DNA of 64,000 nt, taken from positions 15,512,464-15,576,463 of the forward strand of contig NC_043011.1 of the NCBI RefSeq assembly GCF_006345805.1. Reading direction: 5' to 3'. The position numbers and the translations under genes were made by a program. This document shows positions 11,163-24,188 of this stretch, in pieces. The DNA is from Octopus sinensis. Taxonomy: Eukaryota. The notes under the pieces were generated by a model. It was not told the DNA's origin, ran no database searches, and saw only the letters and a list, made by a program, of their open reading frames with translations. Each line of letters begins with the position of its first letter. Position 1 is the stretch's first letter.

Positions 11163-11870
11163 ATGGGATAGCGGAAAAAAACAAACGTTCGAAAAAACAA
11201 AAAAAAACAAAAAAAAAAATTATCGTATGAAAAAAATAGATAAAAAAGGATAGCGAAAAAAAGGGGAAAAAACAAACGTTCAAAAAAAACAAAAAAATAA
11301 TAATCGTATGAAAAAACTAGATAAGTAAGCGTTAGGGGCAGAAAAGACGGGGCAAACGGAAAAGGGAAAGAAAGAAGGGAAGCAGAGAGAGGGGGAGGCA
11401 AAAAAGGGGGTGCAGGCAGAGGAAACAGAGTATGGACATCCAGAGAGGGAAGAAAGACGGAAAGGAGAACAAAAATACAGGAAACTGTGGAAAGCATGAA
11501 ATGAATGTAAAAAAGTGGTAATATATGAGAAAATAAAAATACAACAAACGGGACAAGTTCAAGGTTGAGAGTTCAAGGTTAGAAATGTGTAGACGTCGTG
11601 GTATATTTTTTAAGGATTTCACATCAATAACAAAGTCACTTTGATCCGCGAAAGAGAGGTGCAGCCAATGGTAAGTATCCAAGAGGTAAAGAAAATCCAA
11701 GGTAGAGGTAAGTGTTGATAGTGGTATTGGTAGAATATAGGATGAAAGTGAGACCACGTGAGCGCATAATATATAACGGGAAGCTTTATGAAATAGACAA
11801 AAGACGAAGGCAGGTGGAAAACAACAAACAATTGTATTAGTATGGGGCACAGGAATATAAATAAAACAAG

Positions 11871-11908
11871 TCTTTAACGTTTCGAGCCTACGCTCTTCAA
11901 CAGAAAGA
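11871..11908 (-). ncRNA. Minimal type I hammerhead ribozyme (CUGUUGA core variant) in the PLE repeat
   Basis: Minus strand TCTTT-CTGTTGA-A-GAGC GTAG GCTC-GAAAC-GTT-AAAGA; palindromic AACGTT stem III, as described for dimer-forming PLE HHRs. Confidence 0.7.
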
Positions 11909-12079
11909 TACACAGAGAGAAAAAAAAACACAGAAAGAAGGAGAGAAAAAAATGCGTGCAGTAACTAACGAATCAACATGGCGATCTGATTTCGGCAGAG
12001 GTCAAAGATCAACATGAGACGCGAGAGCGAAATTAGGGGAGATAATAGGTTGATAATAGGGTTGAATGACCAGCTCTAA

Positions 12080-12440
12080 CATAAGGGTGTGTGTGTGTGT
12101 GTGTGTGTGTGTATGAGAGAGTATTAGTGCGTATGAGAGGTCTGGACGTGTGTATGTATAGGGTTAGTGTATGTATTAGTATGTATTAGTATGTATAAGG
12201 GTGTGTGTGTGTGTGTGTGTGTATGAGAGAGTATTAGTGCGTATGAGAGGTCTGGACGTGTGTATGTATAGGGTTGGTGTATGTATTAGTATGTATTAGT
12301 ACGTATTAGTATGTATAAGGGTGTGTGTGTGTGTGTGTATGAGAGAGTATAAGTGCGTATGAGAGGTCTGGACGTGTGTATGTATAGGGTTGGTGTATGT
12401 ATTAGTATGTATTAGTATGTATTAGTACGTATTAGTATAT
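12080..12440. repeat. Three-unit minisatellite (about 115-120 bp) inside the PLE UTR
   Basis: ATAAGG(GT)nATGAGAGAGTATTAGTGCGTATGAGAGGTCTGGACGTG.. occurs three times. Confidence 0.9.
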
Positions 12441-12467
12441 ACGTGCATGTATATATATATATATATA

Positions 12468-12718
12468 ATGACATCAGAAAACGTTGAACACAATGAGAAA
12501 CGAAAACGTAAAAACAAAAACATAGAAAACGAACTTTCTTTCAAACAACGGAAAGGCAAATGCAGAGTAGATCAAACAGGGACCACTGATGAAGGGGAAT
12601 ATTCTTTATGTTGCATGTCTCTTATATGTTTCTTTTTTCGTTGTTCCCCCAAATATTCGTTTTCTGTGTTTTTGTATTTATGTTTCGTTCTCATTGTGTT
12701 CAATGTTTTTCTGATGTC
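12468..12718. repeat. Imperfect inverted repeat element in (TA)n with an internal CTGATGA
   Basis: ACATCAGAAAACGTTGAACACAATGAGAAACGAAA versus TTTCGTTCTCATTGTGTTCAATGTTTTTCTGATGT. Confidence 0.7.
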
Positions 12719-12784
12719 CTGTACTCATATATGCATGTATATATACATATATATGTAGGTATGTACATCTATATATATATATAG

Positions 12785-12815
<31 letters not shown>

Positions 12816-13407
12816 CATATATATATATATATATATGTATATAGCATATATTATATATTATTAATCTAATACATATATATATACATATACACAGAGGTTT
12901 ATATATACTATATTATTATTAAAGCTGGATAAACATCACAAAGATATCAAAAAATTGCTCCTCAGAGTTGCACGATCTTATTCATCGGACAGTTCAGAAT
13001 GAAACTCGAACATTTCTGTGGTTCAGCCAAAAGAGTCTTATTGAATACTAACAGTCGAAAGACGTTGGTTAAATTGCTCATTCTTCTCACTCCTTTGTTT
13101 TGTCTTTCTTTTTTCCTTCTTGTATTCCTAATTTCTCCCTCCATTTATATTCTCTGCTCCTATTGTGCTCTCTAAACATTCTGATTGAATCTTCCATGTA
13201 CTTCCTTGCGACGCTGTAGACTTTCATATAACCAAGATATCCTTGGCCTGAAGAGTAGCCTGTGGTATGCACCTCACTTGGATATTTATCACCTCGGAGT
13301 CTCGGAGGTTCCACCCGCTATCAAATATATGTAGCCCCGATCTTATCTACTCCATTCCTTAACTCTTGTGTACACACACACACATACACATGCATACACA
13401 CACACAG

Positions 13408-13444
<37 letters not shown>

Positions 13445-13728
13445 GGCATATATATACACATATATATATGCATACATACATATATATTTATATATCTATG
13501 TATACTTATATACACACATATATATGTATACATACATACACACAGATATGTATGTAAGCATATGTAAATTTATATATATGCATACATATATATACACATA
13601 TATTTGTATATACATGTATGCATATTTTCATATATATACATACATACACCCTCTGTATGTATATATATATATATAAATATTTGTATATTTATACATATAT
13701 ACATATATATATATATATAAATAATATA

Positions 13729-14986
13729 CAGGGTATCTCAAAAAATGCATGCAAACTTTAGCACCTGATAACTAAAGATATATTTCCAAATTAAAGCCAT
13801 TGGCATTAATGATGGCACTCAGACTAAGCTTTAACAAAGGAAGTTTATTCTAAAATGCTACTGGCAGTGTGAAAACGCAGTTGAAGTGCAAAGACAGTTT
13901 AGGACGGAATTTCAAAGAGATCCATCAACGCGACTTGCCATCACTCGAATTAGAGATAAGTGTGAAACCGATGGACGTGTTCAGAATGTCCTCGAGAAGC
14001 GTTCCAGTAGACCTCGAACATCAACAACCTCCACAAAGCAAGAAGCAGTTCTGGAAACTTATCACCAAAGTCCAAGAAAATCTGTGCAGCAAGCGAGTCG
14101 AGAAGTAGACATTTCAAAAATCGTCTGTTCAACGCAATTTGAAGCGTCGTCAACGGAAAAGTTACGTTCCGAGATTAGTCCATGCTATTATTAAAGATGA
14201 TCCAAGTGGAAGATTGCAATATTGAGAGTGGTACCATGCACGATGTGTAGATGTACACCTTCCAACAAAGATTGTGTGATGTGATGAGTCTAGATTCAAA
14301 TTAAATTGTTCAATTAACTGCCACATTAACTGCACCTACTGGGGACATAAGAATCCGCATGTTATGGTGGAACATTATGTTAATTTACCAGCATTTACAG
14401 TGTGGTGTGGCTTATCATCAAGAGGATTAAGTGGACCATTCTTTTTTGACGCTACTGTGACTGGTTTCATTTACTTGAACTTGCTGCAACAGTCTCTCAT
14501 ACCAAGCATTAGAGAAGACTTTGAAGATGAAGACTTTTATTTTCAGCAAGAAGGGATACCCCAACACTACCATCGCGATGTTAGATCTTTCTTGATGAGG
14601 TCTTGCCAAAATGGTGGATTGGACTAATGAGCTTCGTTGAATACATTCCACGTTCACCAGACCTCACATCCCTAGATATTTTTTTATGGGGATGCCTAAA
14701 AGAAAAAAAAATCTATGCTACGAAACTTGCAACAGTCACTGAATTGTGAGCAGCCACTGAACGAGAATGCACACAAATATCAAATTAATTGTTTTGTGAC
14801 GTTGCAATTCCATTACTTCACGTTGTTATTAGTGCCTGGAGTAAAACGAACGTCAGAGTGAAAACAGGCGTTGACAAAACAATAATATAACGTCTGTAAA
14901 TTCAACTAAATTTTGATAATGTAATGTATTTTGATAAATACCTACTTTACAATTATTTAAAGTGTTTATGCATTGTTTTGGGACAT
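13729..14986 (+). mobile_element. Tc1/mariner-superfamily transposon remnant (DUF4817-like HTH plus DDD, probably DD41D-like)
   Basis: 5' TIR TA|CAGGGTATCTCAAAAAATGCAT and degenerate 3' TIR ATGCATTGTTTTGGGACA; disrupted transposase motifs [52 protein letters not shown]. Confidence 0.85.
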
Positions 14987-15049
14987 TTTAATCCTCATGG
15001 CAGTTGTCAACAGTACATGCATGTGTGTGCGCGCACGCCCACCTGTATA

Positions 15050-15096
<47 letters not shown>

Positions 15097-17477
15097 TACA
15101 TATGTATGTGTGTGTGTGTGTGCACTCCAGTTTTTCATCTTTGCCTCTCACATAAGGCAGTTATCTAACCTATCAGTGTATATATATGTGCTTTGACGCA
15201 GCTGTAACTCTTATTTCTAGCAATATATTTGCTTGTAGCGCATACAGTCACAGTTTGTGACGACTAAACTTTACTTGTACAGTTTATATTTCTCCCAGCT
15301 GCCCACATTAATTTTATACCATATATATAAAGACTAGAAGGAAATTCCAATAACGCCTGTACTAACCGAATCTCATGTATTCTGTAAAATCTTAACTCAC
15401 GCTAACCCATAGGCCAAATTATCATTAGACCTTCAATCAGACAATTTAGAAGTGTCAGCATAACTAATTAGATTTCATTGTTCCAGTTGCTCTCAACGAG
15501 AAACAACATTCCTCCGACTGGGTTTCCACATAATGTTCATGCACCTGTTTTCACTCACAAATTCATGGTAAACGCGAGACTGTTTCAGAGCTGAAGCTTC
15601 AGATGTTGCGCTGAGTCACTGATTCTTCTATTACCTGTTTAAAAAGTTAATTTATTAATCACATGAACACACCTTTGAATAACACAAGACAAAATTGAAT
15701 AATAACCAAGAAAACACCTTTCATGTATAATGCTCGCAAAAGTCTATATTCTTTCAAAGTCCTTATATACAATTTAGAATATGGTTTATGGAAAAAGTGT
15801 TATGAGAACGGCCTATATCCGGAGTTGTTACCCTTCTCTGATTAAACGCGTAAAATTCTCTCCTCTTTAACAATAATTTTATTCGTACGGGTTTTTTTTC
15901 CCAGTTGAACTTGTGTTTGAATTTTGACTTGCATGAATAATAACTCGAGCGGGCTCATTGTACCTTCCTTAGTGGCTCTGTCTCTTATGTCGCTTTAAAA
16001 TACAACAAAGAAGTAATTGAAATTGTTTCCGTTGAAGTGCTTTAAAAATGGATTGAAAGCAATTACTGTTTCAAGTTTATCTTTGGTGAACCTCGATTTT
16101 CCCACTTGGCCTGTATAGCAATAAATTGTGGACATAGTAATGGAATAAGCATTAACAAAGTTAATTTGGAGAGCAAAATCACTAATGAATAAAGACTATA
16201 ACTTTCGGTGAGAGGTAAACATTTAACAACATGTAATTTAACCAAAGAGTGGCAGGGGCGACAACTGAGTATTAACAGAATCAATATACATTTCTGAATA
16301 GAATTTTTGTGAAACCTGAAGTTACAGTTAATTAAAATTGGAAATAGGAAATGTGGTGGAGGGAAAAATCAATCTAATCTTTGGCAAACAAGTTGACACA
16401 TCTGGACATTCTTTGGTCTTATTAGATATAATTTGTGCTAATTCCAAATGAAAACATTCCACCAACTGAGAATCAAAATAGGAAGTATGAAATTTCTTAA
16501 TTAAACTAACTGCCAGAGGACGTTTCATAATATTCCCTTTTAGTGTTGGAAAGAAATTTTTGAACGTAGCCTGTTTAAAGATGATATTATGTTAAATAAC
16601 ATTCATTATCCTTATAACCTGTTAACACGACTGTTTGAAAAGAAGAAACGACGCATAATTTTTCTTTGTTCCATGCGACGCTATTAATGTTTAATAATTA
16701 AACGTGTAACTTTTAAAATTGATTAAGAATTTACTTCTAAAGCATTCTTCTTCTATAATGAAAAGCGTCTCTACTCTTTTATATTGTTCAATATAATTCA
16801 AAGAGATTACAGAAAATAATTTCATATTCTCCGTTTACATTCTGGAGAAAATTTGACATTATTTCACATTTAGTTTTTATATAAATAGTATGCTAAATTC
16901 AATAAAGCGCTGAAACAAACGACAAAGAAGAAAGTAAAATCATTAAATTGAAGGCGAATCATGTTGCTCCCGTTCAGCTGGTCAGATTTTAATTCAATAT
17001 CTTAAGTAAAGTTGTATTTTTTGGAGCTTCCTAAACTTTCAATTGAAGCCCTAAACTATAATCGATTTCAATCAAATATACGCTAATTAACGATTGAAAG
17101 GCTGGTTGCTATTGTTTTATAATGGAATAGCGTATTCACTAACAAAACTTAGATGTAGAAAATTGTGAAGAATGGTGCTAGAATTAGACATAACCATAAT
17201 TCTATATCTTCTTTTCTCTCTCAGTCTCTCTCTCTCTCTCTCTTTCACCTTCTCTCTTTCTCCCTCTCTCTCCCTCTTTACACACACACAAGTGCGCGCG
17301 CACACACACACACAGATATACAGTTGTAGGTTTGTTTAGAATCTAGGTATTTCAACGTGTAGGACCCAGGAAAAGGCTTGGCACTGGGCTTGCAATGCAT
17401 AGTAGTCGTTTGCTGATTATGGCGCAAGTAGCAAGCATGGATATACATATCCATAATCAATATATAATTTCACGCAA

Positions 17478-17526
<49 letters not shown>

Positions 17527-17533
<7 letters not shown>

Positions 17534-17746
17534 ATCACGTGACCGACCAGACCAGACCATCAGATGAAAGAGAGAGAAAGAGTGGTGAATGAGTACAGCA
17601 GAGATCACCACCCGCTGCCGGAGCGTCGTGGAGCTTTTTAGGTGTTTTCGCTCAATAAACACTCACAACGCCCGATCTGGGAATCGAAACCGCGATCCTG
17701 CGACTGCGAGTCTCGCTACCCTAACCACTAGCCATTGCGCCTCCAC
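17527..17746 (-). mobile_element. SINE family C, tRNA-derived head
   Basis: Minus strand GGAGGCGCAATGGCTAGTGGTTAGGG (A box) .. GGTTTCGATTCCC (B box), followed by a non-tRNA body. Confidence 0.75.
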
Positions 17747-17747
17747 G

Positions 17748-17800
<53 letters not shown>

Positions 17801-17878
17801 GTATATACTATATATATTATAATATATTATATATATATATATAATATATAGATTATATATATATATATAGATTGTGTT

Positions 17879-18278
17879 GGTGTGCTGCGTGGTAAGTAGC
17901 TTGCTTACCAACCACATGGGTCCGGGTTCGTTCCCACTGCATAGCACCTTGAGCAAGTGTCTTCTACTATAGCCTCCGGCCGACCAAAGTCCGTAGACGG
18001 AAACTGAAAGAAGCCCGTCGTATATATGTTTATATATATATATATATATGTGTGTGTGTATATATGTTTGTGTGTCTGTATTTGTCTCCCCAACATCGCT
18101 TGACAACCGATGGTAGTGTGTTTACGTCCCCGTAACTTAGCAGTTCGGCAAAAGAGACCGATAGAATAAGTACAAGGCTTCTGAAGAATAAGTCCTGATG
18201 TCGATTTGCTCGACTAAAGGTGGTTCTCCCACATGGCTGCAGTCAAGGGACTGAAGCAAGTAAAGAGTAAAAGAGTAT
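17879..18278 (+). mobile_element. SINE family A, near full length
   Basis: tRNA-like head GTGGTAAGTAGCTTGC..GGGTTCGTTCCC, internal TA/TG tract, AAGAGT-type tail. Confidence 0.88.
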
Positions 18279-18592
18279 GTGTGAGAGAGAAAGAGAGAGA
18301 GGTAGACAGACTGAGAGAGTGGTACCTGGTCTAATATAAACTATAGATCCAACCTCGGTATGGTTCCAGCTGTGTCGTTTGAACAAAAGAACACGAGTGG
18401 AGTTTCGAAATTTACAACAGCTTTTTTATTGATAAATGCGTCAGTTATATTATGAGAGATGTCTGTCATCATCAGGTGATGGCAGATTGTTGCATGATAG
18501 GATCAAAGTATTTAGTAATAAAATGGTACTGAAACGACTGTTGTGAATTTTTAAACTGCAACAGTGTTCCATACATATATATTATATATATA

Positions 18593-18664
<72 letters not shown>

Positions 18665-18684
18665 CATATATATACATATACATG

Positions 18685-19240
18685 TACCTTCCAGACGGTT
18701 TGAGAAGCTTTTAGTGGAGGCGTTTTAACTCTATTGGATTATTATAATCTTGCCATATCATTACTACATATCTAATAAGCTCACCTGCCAAAAATTCTTA
18801 GATCTCAGATTGAAGAAAACGGCTGCAGCAGTACTTTGAATACACCCTACTAAACACTGATCGTCACAGCTGATTAATCGTAGAATGCACTCGGGGTGTG
18901 AAGACAATTCGGAATATCTCTTTGCAAAGAAGTCTTGCATTAAACAGGGCAAAAAAGTACAGTAACTTAAGTAATACTCCACAATACTCATGGATTAACT
19001 TGTATCAGCCGAGCATCTGCTTTTAGCTGCCCAAGAAATTCAAGGACACAGTGAGGAGGTGAGAGGCGCTGTCGATTTGAAGACAATGAGAAGATAAAGA
19101 CGCTGTGACAAGAATCCTGGATATCTTCACTTTTGGGGACATCCATGAAGCATTTACAAAGCAGATGGAGAATTTTGTACTGATTTAAAATTCGTAAATG
19201 TCTCTCCTAAAAAAAGTTTCTAAATTTCTAGAATGCATAA
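18685..19240 (+). mobile_element. Degenerate mariner-like remnant
   Basis: 19060-19170 resembles a mariner C-terminus (R..RFEDNE..KDAVTRILD.FT); heavily decayed. Confidence 0.4.
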
Positions 19241-19329
19241 TGCATTTCTTCCATACGCACAGGCACAGATGTATATGCATGTGTTTGTGTATATGTATGA
19301 ATACTACCAGATTAGTTAAATCCATTATA

Positions 19330-19375
<46 letters not shown>

Positions 19376-19387
19376 TATATATATATG

Positions 19388-19453
<66 letters not shown>

Positions 19454-19583
19454 AGGTCCCGGATTGAGTCGGGGTTAACCACAGTAAATAAGGTACTCAA
19501 TACATAGCAGAGTAAATTAATTTATTATATAGAAGGAGCTTCTACAGGACTAGAACTGTTTCATTCAAAGGAAATCATCAGGA

Positions 19584-19634
19584 AGCTTCCTGATGATTTC
19601 TTTTGAATGAAACAGTTCTAGTCCTGTAGAAGCT
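19584..19634 (+). ncRNA. Type I hammerhead ribozyme, mirrored on the minus strand by palindrome 19521-19650
   Basis: Stem I AGCTTC/GAAGCT; CTGATGA at 19590-19596; stem II TTC/GAA; GAAA at 19609; stem III ACAG/CTGT; GTA triplet ending at 19628. Confidence 0.8.
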
Positions 19635-19665
19635 CCTTCTATATAATAAAAATTATATATATATA

Positions 19666-19718
<53 letters not shown>

Positions 19719-22700
19719 TACATATATACATATATACATACATAGATACATAGATATATATATCTTTTCTCCTTAGTCTTTTCAGTCATTGGACTGCAGC
19801 TCTACTGGCGCACTACCTTCACGCATTCAGTCAAGCGCATCATGCCCAGCAGATATTTTTTAGTTTGATATATGTTCCAACGTTCTCTGTTGCTCCCCTG
19901 TATGTTACGGTAAAACTGGCTAACAAGCAATGATGGCTGACAAACACAAGCATACACGCACACAAACACACTCACACAGACGCATACACAAACACACACA
20001 TATATATGACAGGATTCCACGCAATTTTCGTCTGCCATACTCATTCACAACGCATTTGTTCACCCTATGTGCCACGCAGCGGTATCGAATCTAAAACCAT
20101 ATAGCTACAAAGGGAAATTATTAAGTACGCAAATAATGTGTGTATGTAAATAATATAAAATATTTAATACCTTATGTATATATATATATATAATCATTAT
20201 CTTTCACCCTATATCTGTAATGATTATTTCACTCCCCTACGACAAAACTACGAATCTTTTTTCGGCAGTACTATTTTGTGACTAACATGGTAGAAGAATT
20301 TGGAGGGAAATACGAATTCACTCGTCTATATAAATATGGATATGCTGATTAGCTTTTATATGTTCCGATGACGCTTGGTCGGAAATATAAGAGGTAAGTT
20401 TTCCTAGCATTTCTAGATTTATTTATCGGAATATGTCGATGAAGGAAATGAATCTCATGATTCTAATCCAGAAACGTATGACCATCATTGATCCAAGACT
20501 GTTTGATTTCATTATTTTTCTTCTTTTTTTTGTGTGAGTTACAAATATTGTTGTCTGTGGAGACATATATTTTGTAGAAAAAGGAAATGGTAGTTCTTTG
20601 GCTGCTATTTCTAAAATTTTCGGTATGTGGTCAAGCAACTTGTTGCAAAATCCTTATTGTTATATTATATATATATATATATATATATACATATCTACAA
20701 GCACAGCAATTGTATTGATTGAATAATTTCAATATTTTTTTACGCAATAAATACTAAGAAAATACGATATGGCCTTGAAAATACCTTGTTTAATAATTGA
20801 TATACCAGCTGAGAGAGATACTCATACTATTTCGGGGAGTGAAAGGAGGCTTAAGAAGAGTGGCGTAACGCAGTCGTTTATTGTGCGTAAGTGTGTATGA
20901 ATGTGTGTATGTCTACGCGTGAATATATCCTTTACTCGATAATTCTTATGCAATTCAAAGTAGCTTCCTGTCTTTCGATTTTTCATGCAAATTTTAATTG
21001 TGCTTTAATTTTAATGTTCCATATACTATTCTTCTTGGTTGCATAATTCTTCTTTTTAAAATTATCAGTAAGATGTATTAGCAATCTATAAGAATATTAT
21101 GAAAATATTAATTTAAAGGAAGTTTTAGAATAAATCTACTTACGACGTTGTTCTATATCTTTGAATATGTGGAGTATGAATTTTAGTTCCAAAGTTTTGT
21201 TAATTGTAACTGTGGCACGTCCAACCATTTCAAATGTACATTTCTTTGATTTTTATGTTTTCGTTAAGTAGTATCTAGAGAAGTTCTCCTTTTCTACATA
21301 CATCGAGGTATGACGATAATCATTTAAAGTTGCTCTGCTCACCATAATGTGTGTTATCTCTCACTTCATTATGATTATACTGTCTGGTTTGAACAGAAAC
21401 CTGTGGGAGGCTTCTGACTTTGACTTCATATGTAGATAGTAATTATATAACATATGCCGCCTATAAAAGCGAATAAACTGTCCTCTCCTCAATTCTCTTC
21501 ATCTTGCCTTAAAGTACTTAATCTGTAAATAACAAAAGGAGTAAAAAATTAAACACATTTTCCTTTCCGGTGTTTGCGATATAGCGGTTGTAATCTCTGG
21601 ATCCCATTGTTCTGAGTTAACAGCTCTGTATGTGACCTTAGACAGACATCTTCTGATGTCTATCTAAGCTCCTACCAATTATCCCGCGGATACCTTCAGC
21701 AAGTTCTGCTTTGCGTGTCTTTTTCCCACTTAACCTGGAGGCTCTGAAAATGATAATAGCCGCTTATCATCATTGACTAGCGTAGAGTGATTCTCAACAG
21801 AAAATAACAAATATTAATTTCATGTCTACTCTGCATTACATGAACACCTTTTCATGTATATTAAATTTCTGTCTAGAGCATTGAAAGGTATGTTGATACA
21901 ATTATCTCATTGCAGCTGTTTATATTTCCAATTTAACCCTTTTACTGCAGAGAGCAGATATATCCACTCAAAACTTCATTACTCTTAACGCCGGGAAGCA
22001 ATCTTATGTAGCAATCTTTTGTTGTTGAATGTCCATTCTAAAATTAGTTTCTCTTGAGATACTTCTAGTTAATTCACTGAGGCAGCGTGGGTTGCAGAAG
22101 ACACCATTCTTTTTCTTTTTCGTTAGGTATTTAAGATTATTACAGGAATAACCATAAAATTTCCTTTCGCAGATAGAAGGTTACACCTTCCATACTGGAT
22201 ATCCGATATATAAATCATGTATTAATTCTATCTTAATGAGTTGATATCAAGGTTTAACATTTTGTTTAATTATCTGATTGAAACTGGAAGGATATCTCGA
22301 GAACCTGCACTATGGTTTTTAGTTTTAGGTTGTACATTTTCTAATTATCTTATTTAGAAATACAATATATACCATACATTACAATTTCCTCTTTCTTATA
22401 AATCTAAGTTTTCCTAAGGTCAGGTTAAAATTAGAAATAGTGTAAACGAAAGTTTCTCTGAGTTCGTTAAATATATAATATCTGAGATATGAAAAATAGA
22501 ATCGTTATCCTCCAGCATTTGGTTCTTAGAAAATTCATTTCATACGAGTAATCAACTTCCAAATAAGAAACAATATATCATGACTTATATCGTACATATT
22601 CTTTTAAATTGGAAATATTTAGACAATTTTGAAGCTGCATTTGTAGGGTTGACTGTTATATGAAAAACTTTTGAGAGGTTCTGATTCCAGAATGTTGTAT

Positions 22701-22870
22701 AATTAGAGGAAAGAAAAGGAAAGAAGAATCCACAATGAATTATAGTAATAATACCATTTTGATGCATGAAAACATACGTCCTAGAAATAGCTTCATAACT
22801 ACCGTTACAGCACTTACCTAGCGTACCTAATCGTTTAGTTCACCCGTGAACTAAACCCCCATAATTTGTA

Positions 22871-22901
<31 letters not shown>

Positions 22902-22912
22902 ATATATATATA

Positions 22913-22976
<64 letters not shown>

Positions 22977-24136
22977 TGGTGTGTGTGTGTGTATTTGTGT
23001 GTGTTTGTGTGTGTATCTGACTGCGATGCATTGAAGTTAATCTTGGCTTTATGTAGGCTCATGATGTTTTTTTTTATTCCTATATATAAACAGAAAATTT
23101 TTGAAGAATATGAAATGCGAAAAGTGATAGCACTCACTACCAAATAACTACCGCGGTTATATACGGAGAAATAGCTTTATGTGGATATTGATGAAATGTT
23201 ATGTAAACTATTTTCGAAACTGTAGCATTGATTTATAAACGCAGTTAATCAATTTAATATTGAAATTATCGATTACATACAACACCACTCTTTGTTTCTT
23301 CTTTCATTATCTACCATGCCAAATACACCGTATTATATTCGACACCAATTTTCTTTAGAAGTTACAATGAATAGCACCGGATTGATGAGTTCGATTTTAA
23401 GTTTCAGAAATGATAATTTAACGATTAGATATATTGCACATGTATTACTTCTTTTGTTTGTCTTTGTCTGTGTACATGCATACATACATATTTATGTAAT
23501 TATGTGTATATATGCATGTAATTCATGATCGCCCGAACAGATTACAATGGGTTGATTAGGACGGTTTATAAACATGCTAGCTATCTGCTCAACGATCTTT
23601 CTTCTACTTACTCTTCTTACACTGCCGCAACATATATATTCAACAGCCTTATCCAAACTATAACTTTCTCTCGCTTCATGAACTGGGTCAACTCTGCCAC
23701 ACCATATTCACAGTATTGATAGTTTATTTGAAAGTCATACTATTTTTCACGGGGATTCTTACTCTATAATAGCTATATATTCAGCTAAATTTCTTTCACT
23801 CTTTCTCTCTATAGCAAGAATTTTTACGGCTTAATTTACGACTTTATGCCGTGAATTGGAGAACTGTAGGATATTTGCGATAATAACTCCCATTACCATG
23901 ACAATGGATCATTATATTGTTTGGGATAGAATAGTCTCCACTGACTCATTTATTTCTACTCAGTAATTTTCCTATTGATTTGTAGTACTATATATTTACT
24001 TACGATTTTTTAATCCTCACCTTTTACACTATTGCAATTCATATCTGCATCTAATATAATTATATATATATATATATATAATATATATATATATATATAA
24101 TATATATATATATTGGCGTGCGTACATTTTGGTCTC

Positions 24137-24188
<52 letters not shown>

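Larger units (their letters stand above)
9191..12440 (-). mobile_element. Penelope-like retroelement (PLE), decayed, with direct terminal repeats (pLTR)
   Basis: Direct repeat at 9191-9293 and 11775-11874, PLE RT motifs, HHR in the repeat region, (TA)n at both ends. Confidence 0.9.

Noticed and set aside
10199-11497. 432-aa ORF as an independent membrane or Pro-rich gene
   Set aside because: The Phe-rich N-terminus is translated T-rich UTR repeats; the real part is the PLE N-terminus from about 11162, and the C-terminus is out of frame.
12080-12440. Repeats resembling a CRISPR array
   Set aside because: Whole units repeat with no unique spacers; eukaryotic minisatellite within a PLE.
17660-17746. 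tRNA gene
   Set aside because: A and B boxes are present but run into a SINE body; no clean cloverleaf or terminator.
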